Assembly: GCA_963797665.1 (NCBI GenBank)
Contig: CAWCQE010000023.1
Span: forward strand, 219,845-283,844
Length of the DNA stretch: 64,000 nt
Source of the DNA: an uncultured Actinomycetes bacterium
GTDB lineage: Bacteria; Actinomycetota; Thermoleophilia; Solirubrobacterales; 70-9
Reading direction: 5' to 3'
In this document: positions 1 to 12,587 of the stretch, in pieces
Layout: the number at the start of each line of letters is the position of its first letter
Position numbering within the stretch: the first letter of the stretch is position 1
Position numbers and translations under genes: made by a program
Notes under the pieces: model-generated
Told to the model about the DNA's origin: nothing
Database searches by the model: none
Seen by the model: only the letters and a program-made list of their open reading frames with translations

Positions 1-2
1 CG

Positions 3-182
3 CGGCTCGACGGCCTGTTCCGGGGCCGGCTGAGGAAGATCGAAGTCACGAAGACGGGAGACTCGCCGCGGATCGTGAAGGCCAAGGTCGTGGGTTCGCA
101 GGGCAGCTCGCGCGTCTCCGGGGCGACCCTGCAGAGCCGTCTGGACCTGATGAGCACCTGGGCCAGGTTCCGCCGGCGCTAG
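3..182 (+). CDS. C-terminal fragment of a SpoIID/LytB-domain protein (partial, runs off window start)
   Basis: Translation ...RLDGLFRGRLRKIEVTKTGDSPRIVKAKVVGSQGSSRVSGATLQSRLDLMSTWARFRRR* resembles the conserved C-terminus of SpoIID/LytB amidase-enhancer proteins (…LGL.STWF); stop TAG at 180-182. Confidence 0.4.
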   Translation, partial: RLDGLFRGRLRKIEVTKTGDSPRIVKAKVVGSQGSSRVSGATLQSRLDLMSTWARFRRR

Positions 183-276
183 CTCGCCCGGCGGCGAGCG
201 CCGCGGCGTCTGCCGCGATCCGCGACGAGCGTCCCGCCGCGGGGCGCGATGGTTAGCTTGCTGACCCCGGGACGGG

Positions 277-306
277 TTGACTTGCCGGCGCGCCTGCGGT
301 TACGGT
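277..306 (+). promoter_or_regulatory. Putative sigma70-like promoter (TTGACT, 18 bp spacer, TACGGT) upstream of the C1 peptidase gene
   Basis: TTGACT at 277-282 and TACGGT at 301-306 in the intergenic region; GAGGAGG RBS at 331-337 precedes ATG 346. Confidence 0.2.
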
Positions 307-345
307 CGCGCTCGTTCATTTGACCGTCGAGAGGAGGCCGACGCG

Positions 346-1110
346 ATGGCGTACAAGCTTCAGGGATACGGATGGCTCCCCGACCTGCCCGATGGCCGGG
401 ACCTGCTCTACGCGGCACCGCTGACGGCGCTGCCGGAGCTCCCGCCGAAGGTGGACATGCGCGGGGACTGCCCGCCCGTGTACGACCAGGGGCAGCTTGG
501 GAGCTGCACCGCCAATGCGATCGGCGGGGCCCTGCAGTTCGACCAGATGAAGCAGGGCGAGAACGACTTCGTCCCGTCTCGGCTGTTCATCTACTACAAC
601 GAGCGGGTCATCGAGGGCACGGTGCATTCGGACTCCGGCGCGCAGATCCGCGACGGCGTCAAGTCGGTCGCCAAGCAGGGGGCCTGCAAGGAGGATCCGA
701 CGTGGCCCTACCAGATCAACAAGTTCGATGACAAGCCGCCGGAGGAGGCCTACAAGCAGGGCAAGCGCCACCAGGCCATCCGCTACCTGCGCGTCACCCA
801 GGCGCTGAGCCAGCTGAAGGGCTGCCTCGCCGACGGCTATCCGTTCGTCTTCGGGTTCGTGGTCTACGAGAGCTTCGAGAGCCAGGAGGTCGCCGATACC
901 GGCAAGGTGCCGATGCCGAAGGCAAATGAGGCCGTCCTCGGCGGCCATGCCGTTCTCGCGGTCGGCTACGACGAGGGCGAGCAGCGCTTCATCGTCCGCA
1001 ACTCGTGGAGCGACGACTGGGGCATGGACGGCTACTTCACCATGCCATACCCGTACCTGCTCCAGGGAAGCCTCTCGCGCGACTTCTGGACGATTCGGCA
1101 GGTGGAGTAG
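346..1110 (+). CDS. Papain-like cysteine peptidase (peptidase family C1)
   Basis: Catalytic motifs QGQLGSCTANA (Cys), GGHAVLAVGYD (His) and NSWSDDWGMDGYF (Asn-Ser-Trp); strong RBS; start chosen at MAYKLQ (ATG 346) inside ORF 277..1110. Confidence 0.8.
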   Translation: MAYKLQGYGWLPDLPDGRDLLYAAPLTALPELPPKVDMRGDCPPVYDQGQLGSCTANAIGGALQFDQMKQGENDFVPSRLFIYYNERVIEGTVHSDSGAQIRDGVKSVAKQGACKEDPTWPYQINKFDDKPPEEAYKQGKRHQAIRYLRVTQALSQLKGCLADGYPFVFGFVVYESFESQEVADTGKVPMPKANEAVLGGHAVLAVGYDEGEQRFIVRNSWSDDWGMDGYFTMPYPYLLQGSLSRDFWTIRQVE

Positions 1111-1129
1111 GTCCGAAAAACGCGCTGGG

Positions 1130-2120
1130 TCAGCCGTCGGGGTACGGCTGCACCTGGATGCCGTGGTCGGTGTCGCGGGTCCCCAACTCGTAGGCCGCGG
1201 CGCCGATCAGCTCCATGCGCTCGGGCGCACCGCCGTCTCGCTCCACCTCCAGCTCGAGGTCGGCGATCGAGCAATTCAGCGTGTTGTGCTCCGGCCCCCG
1301 CGGGTCCGCGTAGACCCAGGCGACGAAGTTCCGCGCCTCGGAGGCCACGCGACCGCGAACCTTCACGCCCTTGCCGGCGAGCTGGAATGCGCAGCTCGTG
1401 GGGTGCTCGGACACCCTCGTCGACCACATCCGGTCGAAGCCGCCGAGGCGATGCTCGACGACGCCGAGGCGCAGCATCCCATTCGCCACCCAGGGGGTCT
1501 GTAGGGGCCCCAGCTTGATCCGGCCGGCGGCCATGTCGAAGTAGGCGGGCTCGTCGCCGTGGAGGAACGCGCCCTGCACCCAGACCCAGCGCTCCGCGTG
1601 CTCGGCCCCCCAGTTGTGGCCGACCATCCCAGGCCACGAGGCGACCTCGATCTCCTCGCCGCCGACGGTCGAGGCCGCCGTCGAAGCGGGCGCTCGGGTA
1701 CGGCGACAGGAACTTGGTGCGGGGCAGCGCGGCCTCGTACAGGCGGTCGTACGGGAGGTGGTGAAATGCCTCGCCCTCGTCGGCGAACCGCAGGTCCCAG
1801 CTCGCCTCGAGCTCCGGCGTGGTGATCTCGCCGGTGGCGCGGCCCGGCTCAAAGGCGGCGCCGTCGATGCGGATGTAGCCGTCATCGGGGGCGGACAGCT
1901 CCTCGGCGGAGAACGTCGCCTTGGTCGCGCGCGGACCGGAGGCCTCCGCGTCGAAGAGCGTCAGCCACAGCGCGGCGGTGGGCTCGGCCTGCGGCCGCTT
2001 GTGGACCGTGTGGCGAATCCAGACACCCCGTCCGCCGGCCGGGTGGGTCGCCTTCAGGTAGTAGCTCTCGTAATGGCCGGCGTCCCTCCGGACGCGGGGG
2101 AACCGCGGCGGGCTTCGCAC
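1130..2120 (-). CDS. Conserved hypothetical protein, apparent frameshift near 1680
   Basis: Two overlapping minus-strand ORFs (1032..2120 and 1130..1885) each carry a protein-like half (N-part ...HYESYYLKATHPAGGRGVWIRH..., C-part ...GHNWGAEHAERWVWVQGAFLHGDEPAYFDMAAGRIKLGPLQTPW...) that join if one indel is assumed. Confidence 0.4.
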
Positions 2121-2152
2121 GCGGCCAATCTACCCGGCCGGAGTTACAGGCA

Positions 2153-3182
2153 CTAGCTCCAGTGATCCCACTTCTTCAGCTTCTTGGTCACCGTCCGCAT
2201 CGCGTGGCCACCCTCATACCAGCCGGGGCGGGACCACATCTCGAAGTGGAGGTGGCACCCGCTCGCATTGCCGGTCTGGCCGACGCGGCCGATCTTCTCG
2301 CCGGTGCGGACGCGCGATCCCTTCGTGCGGGCCCCGCTTCTTGAGATGCATGTAGACGTAGTCATGACTGTCGGCTCGCCCATCGATCACGACGTAATAA
2401 CCGGCGCCGCTGGCCTGGTAGCCGCTGTACTGCACCCGTCCCCCGCGGGCCGCGACAACGCGCTTGCCGCACTTGGCGAAGAGGTCCTGTCCCTGATGGG
2501 TGTGGCCCGAGCGCGCGGCGCCGAAGCCGTCGCCGTACGTGTGGCGCGCGCGGACGGGAAACTTCGCCGGGTACAGCTTGACCGAGCGATCATCGCCCTT
2601 GGCGCGCGAGCGGTCCACATCGGCACCCCGCATGGTGCGGACCCGGAAGAGGTAGGCGCCCTTGGCGGCCGCCTTGTCGTCCCGCGTGACGCCGTTCCAT
2701 CGCACCTGGTAGGTGCCCGGCTCGAGGTTGTCGCGCCGCCACACCCGCACGACCTTCCAGTCGTCGCGTCGCACCGCCTGGATCTTGAGGTTCTTGGACC
2801 GGTCGCCGTCGATCGTGAACGCGTAGTGAACCCGGTGATCGCCGTAGATGAAGGCCTTGCTGGGGCCGGCGGACTCCGCCATCAGGCGAATCGAGCCGCG
2901 GCCACCTCCACCGCTGCCGCTGCCGCCGGTGCCGCTGGAGGCCTTCGTGGTGCTGCTGCTCGTCCCGGCCGACGTCTCGTCAGCGCCGGTGGTGCTCGCC
3001 CCGGCCGACGTCGTGTCACCGGTGGTAGTCGTACCCGCCTGCGTCGTGCCCTCGTCCGCGGTGGCGTCGGCGGATGTCGTCCCGGAACCGGCGCCGGTCT
3101 GGCCGACGGCGACGCCCGCCGCCCCACACATGGCCGCGGTCGCTGCGGCCGTCGCCACGACACCAGCGCGGGCGAGGCGCAT
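2153..3182 (-). CDS. M23 family metallopeptidase (LytM domain) with Thr/Ser/Gly-rich N-terminal region; apparent frameshift near 2370
   Basis: HTYGDGFGAARSGHTHQGQDLFAKCGKRVVAARGGRVQYSGY (ORF 2214..3203) continues in another frame as KIGRVGQTGNASGCHLHFEMW (ORF 2153..2383); these are the M23 HxxxD and HxH motifs. Predicted signal peptide MRLARAGVVATAAATAAMCGAAG. Confidence 0.7.
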
Positions 3183-3594
3183 CCCATGGATCTTGCGGCT
3201 CAACTCAACAGCCCCCTCTTTCTCGGGCCTACGGGGTTAGCTGTCGGGCTCGCGCTGAAAGAGCTGCGCTACGGCCGGTGTGCCGATTCGCCCCTGGGGC
3301 CTTGGCCCCGTCGGATCCCCCGCTCCCCGGCGCGGCGCACCGGAGATTCGGCATTTCTAAGGCTTGCTAACTGAACGGCGGCAAGAGGCTAACAAATCCG
3401 AAGGCGACGGATGCGTCTCGGACGGAGGGCATCCAGGGAGGCGTGATGGCGAGCCTGGTTCAAGGGGTTGATCCCCGATGAGTGGCGGGTGGACGCTTGC
3501 TTTCGGTATGCGAAAGCGAACGTCCACTGGCGTGCGACTACTTGCCTGCGGCCACCCTCTACTTGCCCTGAACGGCTGGTATGGACCGGCGGCC

Positions 3595-4675
3595 CTAATG
3601 CCTGATCGTGATCACATCGCCGTCCCGCACGACGTAGTCGCGCCCCTCGGTCCGCAAGAGCCCTCGCTCCCGCGCCCGCGCGTAGCCGCCGGCCTCGACG
3701 AGGTCGCGCCAGCCGATCACCTCGGCGCGGACGAACCCCGCCTGGATATCGCCGTGAACGCGGCCCGCCGCGTCCCAGGCGGTGGCGCCGCTCCCGAGCG
3801 CCCGCGCCCGCGCCTCGCTTCCCCGGTGGGCGGTGAAGAACGTGATCAGCCCCAGCAGGTCGTAGGCGGCGCGCACGAGCCGCGCGAGGCCCGGCTCGTC
3901 GATCCCGAGCTCGGTCCGCATCTCGGCGGCCTCGTGGGCGGGCGAGCTCGGCGAGCTCCTCCTCGATACGAGCGCTCACCGCGACGCACGGCGACTCTTC
4001 GGCGTGGGCCATCAGGTCCGCCGGGGGTTTGTCCTCCCCCTCGTCGACGTTTGCGACGTAGAGCATCGGCTTCGAGGTCAGGGCCTGCAGGTTCGCGGCT
4101 GCCCGCGGCGCCAGCGGCCGGCGGTGGAATCCTCGCGCACCGGGTCGCCACGGCCCAGCGCGTCGACCACCCGCTCCAGCCACTCGCGCTCGGCCACGAC
4201 CTCCTTGGCGCCGGAGCCCGCCTGCTTTCGGACTCGCTCCAGCCGGCGCTCCGCCTGCTCCAGGTCCGCCAGGTAGAGCTCCGCCTCGACGATCTCTGCG
4301 TCGGCGACCGGATCGACGCGCGCCGTCCGGGTGCGGAACGAGTCGTCGACGTGCGCGCGCACCACGTGACAGATCGCATCCGTCTCCCGGATCTCGGCCA
4401 GGAAGCGGTTGCCGAACCCCTCGCCGCGCGAGGCCCCGCGGACGAGGCCCGCGATGTCCCGGAACTCGATCGTCTCCGGGACCAGCGGGACTCGCATCGG
4501 CCGCCGCCGCCACCGGCGCGAGACGGTCGTCGGGGACCTCGACGATGGCGACGTTCGGCTCGACGGTCGTGAAGGGATAGGCGGCCGTTTCGCGCCGATG
4601 CCCTCGTGAGCGCGTTGAAGAGGGTGGTCTTGCCGGCATTCGGGAGGCCGACGATCCCGATCCTCACTTCGGGGT
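3595..4675 (-). CDS. ychF: Ribosome-binding ATPase YchF (Obg-like GTPase family) with several apparent frameshifts
   Basis: N-terminal G1 motif VRIGIVGLPNAGKTTLFNALT; middle region ...ETIEFRDIAGLVRGASRGEGFGNRFLAEIRETDAICHVVRAHVD...; C-terminal TGS domain ...LITFFTAHRGSEARA...GFVRAEVIGWRDL...GDVITIRH. The pieces lie in three different frames (ORFs 3846..4988, 4078..5241, 3595..3921). GTG start at 4673-4675. Confidence 0.75.
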
Positions 4676-4689
4676 GAGGTCGCGCGGGT

Positions 4690-5241
4690 CCGCCATCCCG
4701 GCCGCCGTCGAGGTCGGTCGCCCGATTCCCGCTGCCGCCGGCGACGAGTTCGATCAAGCGCTCCTCCATTCCTGGCTCGCCGCAGCCTGGGAAACGCCTG
4801 CCGATCAGGGCTCCGAGGACCACCCCGGCGAGCACGTCGGACGGATAGTGCATGCCGAGATAGGGCCGCGTGAGGCAGATGGCGCCGGCGAGGCGAGAGC
4901 GGCGGCCGGCAGCTCGGGGCGACCCGGCCCAGTGCGGTGGCGGCGGCGACGGACGAGGTCGCGTGGGCCGAGGGAAACGAGAGATCACTCGGCGCGCGCG
5001 TGAGCGGTGGGTGCTCTTCGATGAGCGGTCGATCGCGACCGACAGCGACCTTCACCGCGTAGTTCACGGCGATCGCCACTGGTCCGACAGCGGCTGCTGC
5101 GAGCCACCGGGGACGCCGGCGCGCATCGCGGGCGGTCCCGAACAGGCCGATCGCGGCCCAAACCGCGCCCCATTCGCCGACGATCCCCAGTGCACGCATG
5201 CCGCTTTCGAGCGGCTCGACATGGCCGCGGGTGCGCATCAA
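4690..5241 (-). CDS. PAP2 (type 2 phosphatidic acid phosphatase) family membrane phosphatase; apparent frameshift
   Basis: PAP2 motifs KVAVGRDRP, SFPSAHATSSVAAATAL and (in a second frame) YLGMHYPSDVLAGVVLGALIG; the C-terminal part reads in frame into the ychF N-terminus, indicating a missing stop or indel. Confidence 0.5.
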
Positions 5242-5404
5242 CCACAGGACCGTCTGGTCCAGCCAGCCGAGGAACCCGGCGACGCCGGCGCCTGCGGACC
5301 GGCGGGCCGATCCGCCGCCGGCGCGCGAACGGCATCCGAACCACCGGCGGCGTTCGCAAGCCTCTGGCGCGTGTTCTCAGCACGGGCGGAGAGTATGCCT
5401 GGGC

Positions 5405-6289
5405 TCATCCGACGATCACGTGGAACGCGCGCGGCAAGGCAACGAACGTGGCAGCACCGCTCGTCACGAGCTCGCCGTCGACGTTGAAGGCGGTTCCCTC
5501 CGGCACCTGGAGCTCGACCCGCCGCGCCCGAAACGAGCGGACGCCGCTCTGGGATTCGAGCTCTCCGCGACGCAGGCCATACGCGCGGACGGCGAGCTTG
5601 ACCCGCGCGGTCGAGTCGACGACGACGACGTCCAGGGCGCCATCCTGCGGGTCTGCCTCCACGCGGGAGCCGGCGCCGAACGCGCCGGTGCAGGCGACCG
5701 TGACCTGCCACGCGCGCCCCGAGAAGGCCTCGGCGCCGTCGCAGCGCAGCGCGCCCTCCACGGGCTTCGCGGTCAGCCCGGCGCGGAGCGCGCCCAGGGC
5801 GTACGCGGGCGCGCCGAAGAGACGCCTCAAGCCTCGCGCCTTCCGCGCGGCCGCCGGCGGAAGCCCCACGCTCGCGGCGTTCACGAACGGTCGCTCGCCC
5901 ATCCGGCCGAGGTCGAGCGGCTCGGTCCGGACGCCCTTCACGGCAAGCCGGCAGGCGGCGGTGAGGTCGTCGGGCAGCCCCAAGGCGCGCGCGAAGTCGT
6001 TCGCCGTTCCGGCGGGGACGACGGCGAGGGGGACCCCGGATTCGGCGGCGGTCACTGCCGCAGAGCCAATCGATCCGTCGCCCCCGGCGACCACGATTCG
6101 GTCGGCCGCGGAGCTCGCCGCGCGCTCCCAATCCGAGAGCGGGTAGACGCGGACGTCAGCGCCGAGAGCCGCCAGTTCCAGCCTCGCCCGCTCGGCGTCG
6201 CCCTTGCCGGAATCCGGGTTCACCAGGAGCGCGACCGACCTCGCATGCCGCGGCTCCGGCTCGTGGGCTTGACCCGTTCCTGCTCCCAT
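5405..6289 (-). CDS. Diacylglycerol kinase catalytic domain / YegS-LCB5 family lipid kinase
   Basis: ALLVNPDSGKGDAERARLELAALGADVRVYPL...RIVVAGGDGSIGSAAVTAAESGVPLAVVPAGTANDFARALGL matches the DAGK_cat signature (GGDGT-like, PxGTxNDFAR); start assumed at MGAGTGQ. Confidence 0.65.
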   Translation of the reverse strand: MGAGTGQAHEPEPRHARSVALLVNPDSGKGDAERARLELAALGADVRVYPLSDWERAASSAADRIVVAGGDGSIGSAAVTAAESGVPLAVVPAGTANDFARALGLPDDLTAACRLAVKGVRTEPLDLGRMGERPFVNAASVGLPPAAARKARGLRRLFGAPAYALGALRAGLTAKPVEGALRCDGAEAFSGRAWQVTVACTGAFGAGSRVEADPQDGALDVVVVDSTARVKLAVRAYGLRRGELESQSGVRSFRARRVELQVPEGTAFNVDGELVTSGAATFVALPRAFHVIVG

Positions 6290-6363
6290 GCCTCCCTTGT
6301 CCGTGGGCACGTACCCCAGGGGGCAGGGCGGAAACGAGGTCCGTCCTCGGTCAGAATCCGCCA

Positions 6364-7333
6364 ATGACCCCGACCATGGTCCCCGGCTACCGGCACGTCC
6401 CCGGGAATCACTGCGGCTCGACCGCGCTCCGGAACCTCCTCGCCTTCCACGGGCTGGAGATGTCGGAGGAGATGGCGCTTGGCCTCGGCGCGGGGATCAG
6501 CTTCTACTACGTGGTCCTCGAGGACTCCTCGCCCTCGCGCTTCACCAACGGCCGCACCGGCCGGCTGGAGGAGCAGTTCGTCGACCTGACGGACGCGCCG
6601 CTTCGTCTCGAGACCTTCGACGATCCAGGGGACGGGTGGCGAGCCGCCGCGGCGACGGTCGACTCCGGCCGGCCCGTGATCCTGATCACGGATCTCTACT
6701 ACCTCGATCACTATGGGAAGTCCGCGCACTTCCCGGGCCACGCGGTGGTGCTCGCCGGATATGACTCCGAGCTGGCCTACCTCTCCGACACCGCGTTCGA
6801 GGAGCTTCAGACGACACGCCTCGAGGCATTGGCCCGCGCGCGACACGGTCAGCACCCGATCTTCCCCCTGGACGGGCACATGTTCGCGGTGCCGGAGGGA
6901 GCGGAGATCCGGGACCTCTCCGCCGCCGCACCGGGGGCGATCGCGCGCTGCGCCGCGCGGAATGCTCGAGCCGGAGCTCGGAGCGGTCCAAGGTATGCCT
7001 GCGCTTCGCCGGTTCGCCTCCGAGGTCGGAGCGTGGCCGGAGGAGGCCGAGGACTGGCGGTGGTGCGCTCGCTTCCTCTATCAGGTGATCGAGCGCCGCG
7101 GGACCGGCGGCGGGAATTTCCGGCTCATGTACTCGCGGTTCCTCGAGGAGGCCGGCTACGAGGAGGCGGCGCTGGCGGCCGCGGCGGCCGCGGCCTGGAC
7201 CGCGCTCGCGGCAACGGCCCAGGCCGCCAGCGAGCCCAGCGAGCCGGATCCCGGCGTGTGGTCACGGGTAGCCACCGAGGCAGCCGTCGTGCTCGAGGCC
7301 GAGGAGCGGCTCTGGGATTCGCTCGCTCCCTGA
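6364..7333 (+). CDS. BtrH_N (butirosin BtrH N-terminal, C39-peptidase-like) + DUF4872 domain protein; apparent frameshift near 6950
   Basis: N-terminal GYRHVPGNHCGSTALRNLLAFHG...VILITDLYYLDHYGKSAHFPGHAVVLAGYD (Cys/His pair of the BtrH_N fold); C-terminal part (ORF 6713..7333) ...FASEVGAWPEEAEDWRWCARFLYQVIERRGTGGGNFRLMYSRFLEEAG... in a second frame. Confidence 0.55.
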
Positions 7334-7338
7334 CCAGG

Positions 7339-7943
7339 TCAGGGCTCGAGACGAGCGAAGTAGCCGAGCGGCGGCCCGCTGCGCCGGGTCAGTCGCAGCC
7401 CGGCGCCCTCCGCCCGGCGCTGCAGCGAACGCAGGGTCACCATGTGCGGGTCGCCGAAGAGCTCGCCCACGATCAGCCGGCCGCGGGGCTTCAGCACGCG
7501 TGCGATCTCGCGCAGCGCGGCGTCCTGATCGGGGATCTCGCCCGAGACACGGTGACCAGAATCGCCGCGTCGAAGGAGTCGTCGTCGTATGGAAGCTCCC
7601 GTGCGTCGCCCCGCGTCGGGTTCACGTTCCAGAGTCCGCGCTCGCGGGCCCTGCGGATCGTGTGGTCGAGCATCTCCTGCTGGAGATCGAGGATCTCCAC
7701 CGTCCCATCGTGGCCGACCCACTCCGCGAGGTCGAGGGTGTAGTAGCCGGTTCCGGGGCCGATCTCCAGCACCCGCTCGCCGGCCGTCGGCTCGAGGACC
7801 TGGCGCAGGCGCTCGCGGGTGATCACCGGGTGTGGCGCCGCGACCCAGAAGCGCTGGCTATAGGGGCAGGCCGACGGGTTCTTCCGCCACCACAGGGCCA
7901 CGCCGACCACCCCCAGCAGCCCGAGGGCGACCAGCTTCCTCAC
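7339..7943 (-). CDS. Class I SAM-dependent methyltransferase with N-terminal transmembrane helix; apparent frameshift near 7530
   Basis: VRKLVALGLLGVVGVALWW (TM helix), VLEIGPGTGYYTLDLA (SAM motif I), LREIARVLKPRGRLIVGE (post-I/II motifs) in two frames; GTG start at 7941-7943. Confidence 0.6.
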
Positions 7944-8162
7944 TTGTCGGAGAAGCCGATCGTGTGCGCGGCGGCGGCGGTGCGGACGAAGACCACCTGT
8001 CTCGGTGTCGAGGGTGACCGGGCCGTCCTCCGCGTCGAGGTCGTGCCAGTCGTGGCCACGCTGCACCGCCTCACGCAGCGTCTGCAGAGCGTCCTCGCTC
8101 ACGCGCGCCGACATCACCTGCCCGCCCGCGAAGCCCACCTCGATCCGCTTCATCTCAGCCAT
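7927..8162 (-). CDS. DUF3107-like small protein (apparent single-base frameshift near 7990)
   Basis: MAEMKRIEVGFAGGQVMSARVSEDALQTLREAVQRGHDWHDLDAEDGPVTLDT then, after a +1 shift, RQVVFVRTAAAAHTIGFSDK*; AGGAGG RBS upstream. Resembles the small actinobacterial DUF3107 family. Confidence 0.45.
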
Positions 8163-8170
8163 CTCGCCTC

Positions 8171-8596
8171 CTATTCGTGACCCGTGGCGGGCTCGACCAG
8201 CTCCGTCAGCACGCCGTCCGTGGACTTGGGATGCAGGAACGCGACCCGGCTCTTGCGGATGCCGATCCGCGGCTTGGGATCGATCAGATCGACGCCGGCC
8301 TCTCCGAGCCTCGCGAGCGCCGCATCGATGTCGTCGACGCGGTACGCGACGTGGTGTAGCCCCTCGCCCCGCCGCTCCACGAACTTCGCCGACAACGGTC
8401 TCGGGGCCCAGGGGCGACAGCAGCTCGACGTGCCCATCGCCGACGTCCAGCAGCACCGCTTCGACACCCTGCTCGTCGACGGTCTCGCGGTGGACGAGCG
8501 GCATGCCGAACGTCCCCTCGTAGAGCGCGATCGCGCGGTCGAGATCGGACACCGCGACGCCGACGTGGTCGATCTGCCCGAACACGGGCGTCAGTC
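8171..8596 (-). CDS. mce: Methylmalonyl-CoA epimerase (VOC/glyoxalase family); apparent frameshift near 8400
   Basis: N-part FGQIDHVGVAVSDLDRAIALYEGTFGMPLVHRETVDEQGVEAVLLDVGDGHVELLSPLGPET; C-part (other frame) GEGLHHVAYRVDDIDAALARLGEAGVDLIDPKPRIGIRKSRVAFLHPKSTDGVLTELVE. Confidence 0.6.
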
Positions 8597-8622
8597 TATG
8601 GACCTTCGTGCGGGGCCCAGGC

Positions 8623-10192
<1,570 letters not shown>

Positions 10193-10243
10193 TCATGGGT
10201 ACGTTGGCCGCGGCTGAGCCGGCAGCTAACCGTATCGGCAGCC

Positions 10244-11127
10244 TCAGGCCGCGACTGAACGAGCGTGTCGCCTGCCTCGGCCCTCAGGATCTCGCGCAGG
10301 GCGGCCGAGCCGACCTCCAGCTGCTCCTCGCTGGGCTCGCGCGTGGACGAGGAGCGCGCTGGATCTCGTGGCCGGCGGCGTGGATCCCGCGCCCAGTGGG
10401 GAGTCCGGCGCGCGCTCGCGCGTAGGCGAACAGCTCGACTGCCGCCGGACAGCTGGCCAATCCGGCGACGGCCGCGCGCGGCCGGCCCCGGGTTCCGGAC
10501 GAGCCGCTCCACGACCAGCTGTCCGGCCACCGAGAGGACGAGGAGCGGGAGCGACCAGGTTGGAGCCGCAGCGCTCGTGCTCCTTCGGGAGCGTCGGCCG
10601 GGTCGAAGCTGCCGCGCTCGTACGCGCCGATCGCCTTGTGCTCGACGCCGTGGTAGGCGGCGAGGTCGCGATCGCGAAGCGCGGCGGCAGCCGGGAGCGA
10701 CGCCGAGCGTAGCGATGAGGGCCTCCCGGGCCACGCGTCGTCGGGCCGAGCCGCCGGATCGCACGCTCGAGGCCAGCGCCGTGGCGAGGCCGACCGCGAG
10801 CACGCGCGAGTCCTCGATCGGCAGCCGCGCCGCGGGAGGCTGCGCCGCGCGACGGGCACGACCGCGAACGCCTCGGCGAGGCGCAGCGGGCCGCGCAGCA
10901 GCGGCACCGACCCCAGCGACCCGCGGGCGAAGCGTCGGCTTGGGCCCGGAGGCGACCTCGATCGCGCCGTCGGGGGCGCGGGCGGCCGCCGCCCACGACG
11001 TCGGGCCGTGGATCAGGAGCCCGTTGCGAAGCGCCATCCCGCCGAGGCGCAGCGGGCGCTCGGGCCCAGCGCCGTTGCCGGGAGCGTCGACGACGCGCTC
11101 GGCGGAGGCGCCGTCGTCGATGCTCAC
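10244..11127 (-). CDS. DUF1385 family protein (YqhQ-like); apparent frameshifts
   Basis: GGMALRNGLLIHGPTSWAAAARAPDGAIEV (N-terminus), RIPLLRGPLRLAEAFAVV, YHGVEHKAIGAYE (YHGAEHK motif), C-terminal TTREPSEEQLEVGSAALREIL; GTG start overlaps the M20 stop (GTGA). Confidence 0.55.
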
Positions 11128-12472
11128 TCCAGCACCCGCTGGATCATGTCGCGATAGAAGCGCGCCGCGAACTCGATGTCGGCGACGGCCGCGCGCTCGT
11201 CGGCGCTGTGGACCAGCGGCGCGGCGTCGAGCAGCGACAACTCCCGCTGCGGGCAGAAGCCGTAGACCGTCGCGGCGTCGAAAGCCTTGCGGAACCAGTG
11301 GCTGTCGCTGAAGCCCGCCATGACGATCGGCACCAGCGCCGCGCCGGGGTCGTTCTCGCGCGAGCCACTCCTCGATCAGGTCCCGCAGCGGAGAGCTCGG
11401 ACGGCGAGCGGTTGCCGACGACTTGGTCCACGAATTCCAGCGAGTAACCGTCGGACCCGCCGAGAACTCGCCTCGACCTGGCGCGCGAACCTCGTCCTCC
11501 TCCACGCCGGGCGGCACGCGGCAGTCGACCAGGGTCTCGGCGGTCGAGGGGATCACGTTCGCCTTGTCGGACGCGCTCGCCTGCGTCGGGCACGAGCGTG
11601 ACGCGAAGCATCGGGTCGAGGAGGTAGGCGACCATCTCGGGGCGCGCGGTCCCGGAGCCGCGCAACCGCGCTCGTCGAGGCCGCCTGGGTCGGCGCCGAC
11701 GTCCTCGCCGCACAGCGCCGGAGACGAACTCGGCCGCCTCCGGGGTCGCGGTCGACGGGCGGCTGCGCGCGCAGACGCTCGAGCAGCGGCGCAAGCTTCA
11801 GCAGGGCGTTGTCGCCGAGCGCCGGCATCGATGCGTGGCCGGCGCGGCCATGCGTCCGGAGCAGGAACCGGAACACGCCCTTCTCGCCGACACACAGGGT
11901 GTAGAAGCGGCGCCCGTCGAGCTCGAAGGCCACGCCGCCGCCCTCGTTCAAGACGTAGTCCGCAGCGAACCGCGTCGGGGTGCTCCCGGCAGAGCCACTG
12001 CGCGCCGGCCTCGGCGCCCATCTCCTCGTCGGCGGTGGCGACCACCAGCAGGTCCCCGGAGGTCGGCCGCCAGCCGTCGCGCCCGAGCGCCGCCGCGGCG
12101 GCCACCTCGGCCGCGACCTGGTCCTTCATGTCCTGCGCGCCGCGGCCGCGGATCTCGCCGTCCACGACGTCGCCCGCCCACGGATCGAAGCTCCACTCGG
12201 ACGGGTCGGCCGGGACGGTGTCGACGTGCCCGAGCAGGCACAGCGTCGGCCCGGAGCGCTCGCCACGAAGCCGGGCGACCAGGTTCGGGCGGCCGGGCTC
12301 CGCGCGCCAGGAGCTCGCACTCGAAGCCGGCGTCGGTCAGCGTCTCGGCGAAGAGCTCCTGCGCCGGCTGCTCGTTGCCGGGCGGGTTGACGGTGTTGAT
12401 GCGAAGCAGCCGCTGCAGCAGCTCGACGGCCTCGGAGCCCTCGGCGGTCGCCGCTGCGCCCTCTCCCTCCAC
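11124..12472 (-). CDS. M20 family metallopeptidase (dipeptidase/ArgE-DapE-like); at least three apparent frameshifts
   Basis: AVELLQRLLRINTVNPPGNEQ (N-term), LLGHVDTVPADPSEW, GRGAQDMKDQVAA (M20 GxGxxDxK motif), dimerization domain YTLCVGEKGVFRFLLRTHGRAGHASMP, C-term SDSHWFRKAF...DIEFAARFYRDMIQRVLE*, spread over four frames. Confidence 0.65.
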
Positions 12473-12587
12473 GCGAGGGAGGTTAGTGCTCAGCCGGCAA
12501 CCTCGCCGCTCACGGCTCTGGGGAATTGGGGCGTCATCGCGACCCTGGGTCCCCAAACCTCCCTGAGCTCGGGGTCATACTGGATTC

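Noticed and set aside
316-948. Antisense ORFs with Arg/Ala/Pro-rich translations (for example 316..948-, 5238..6131-, 17453..18793-, 18783..20150-, 21055..22665-, 23849..24499-, 28880..29530-, 29107..29844-)
   Set aside because: Low-complexity R/A/G/P-rich translations overlapping well-supported genes on the opposite strand. These are typical shadow ORFs of 70% GC DNA.
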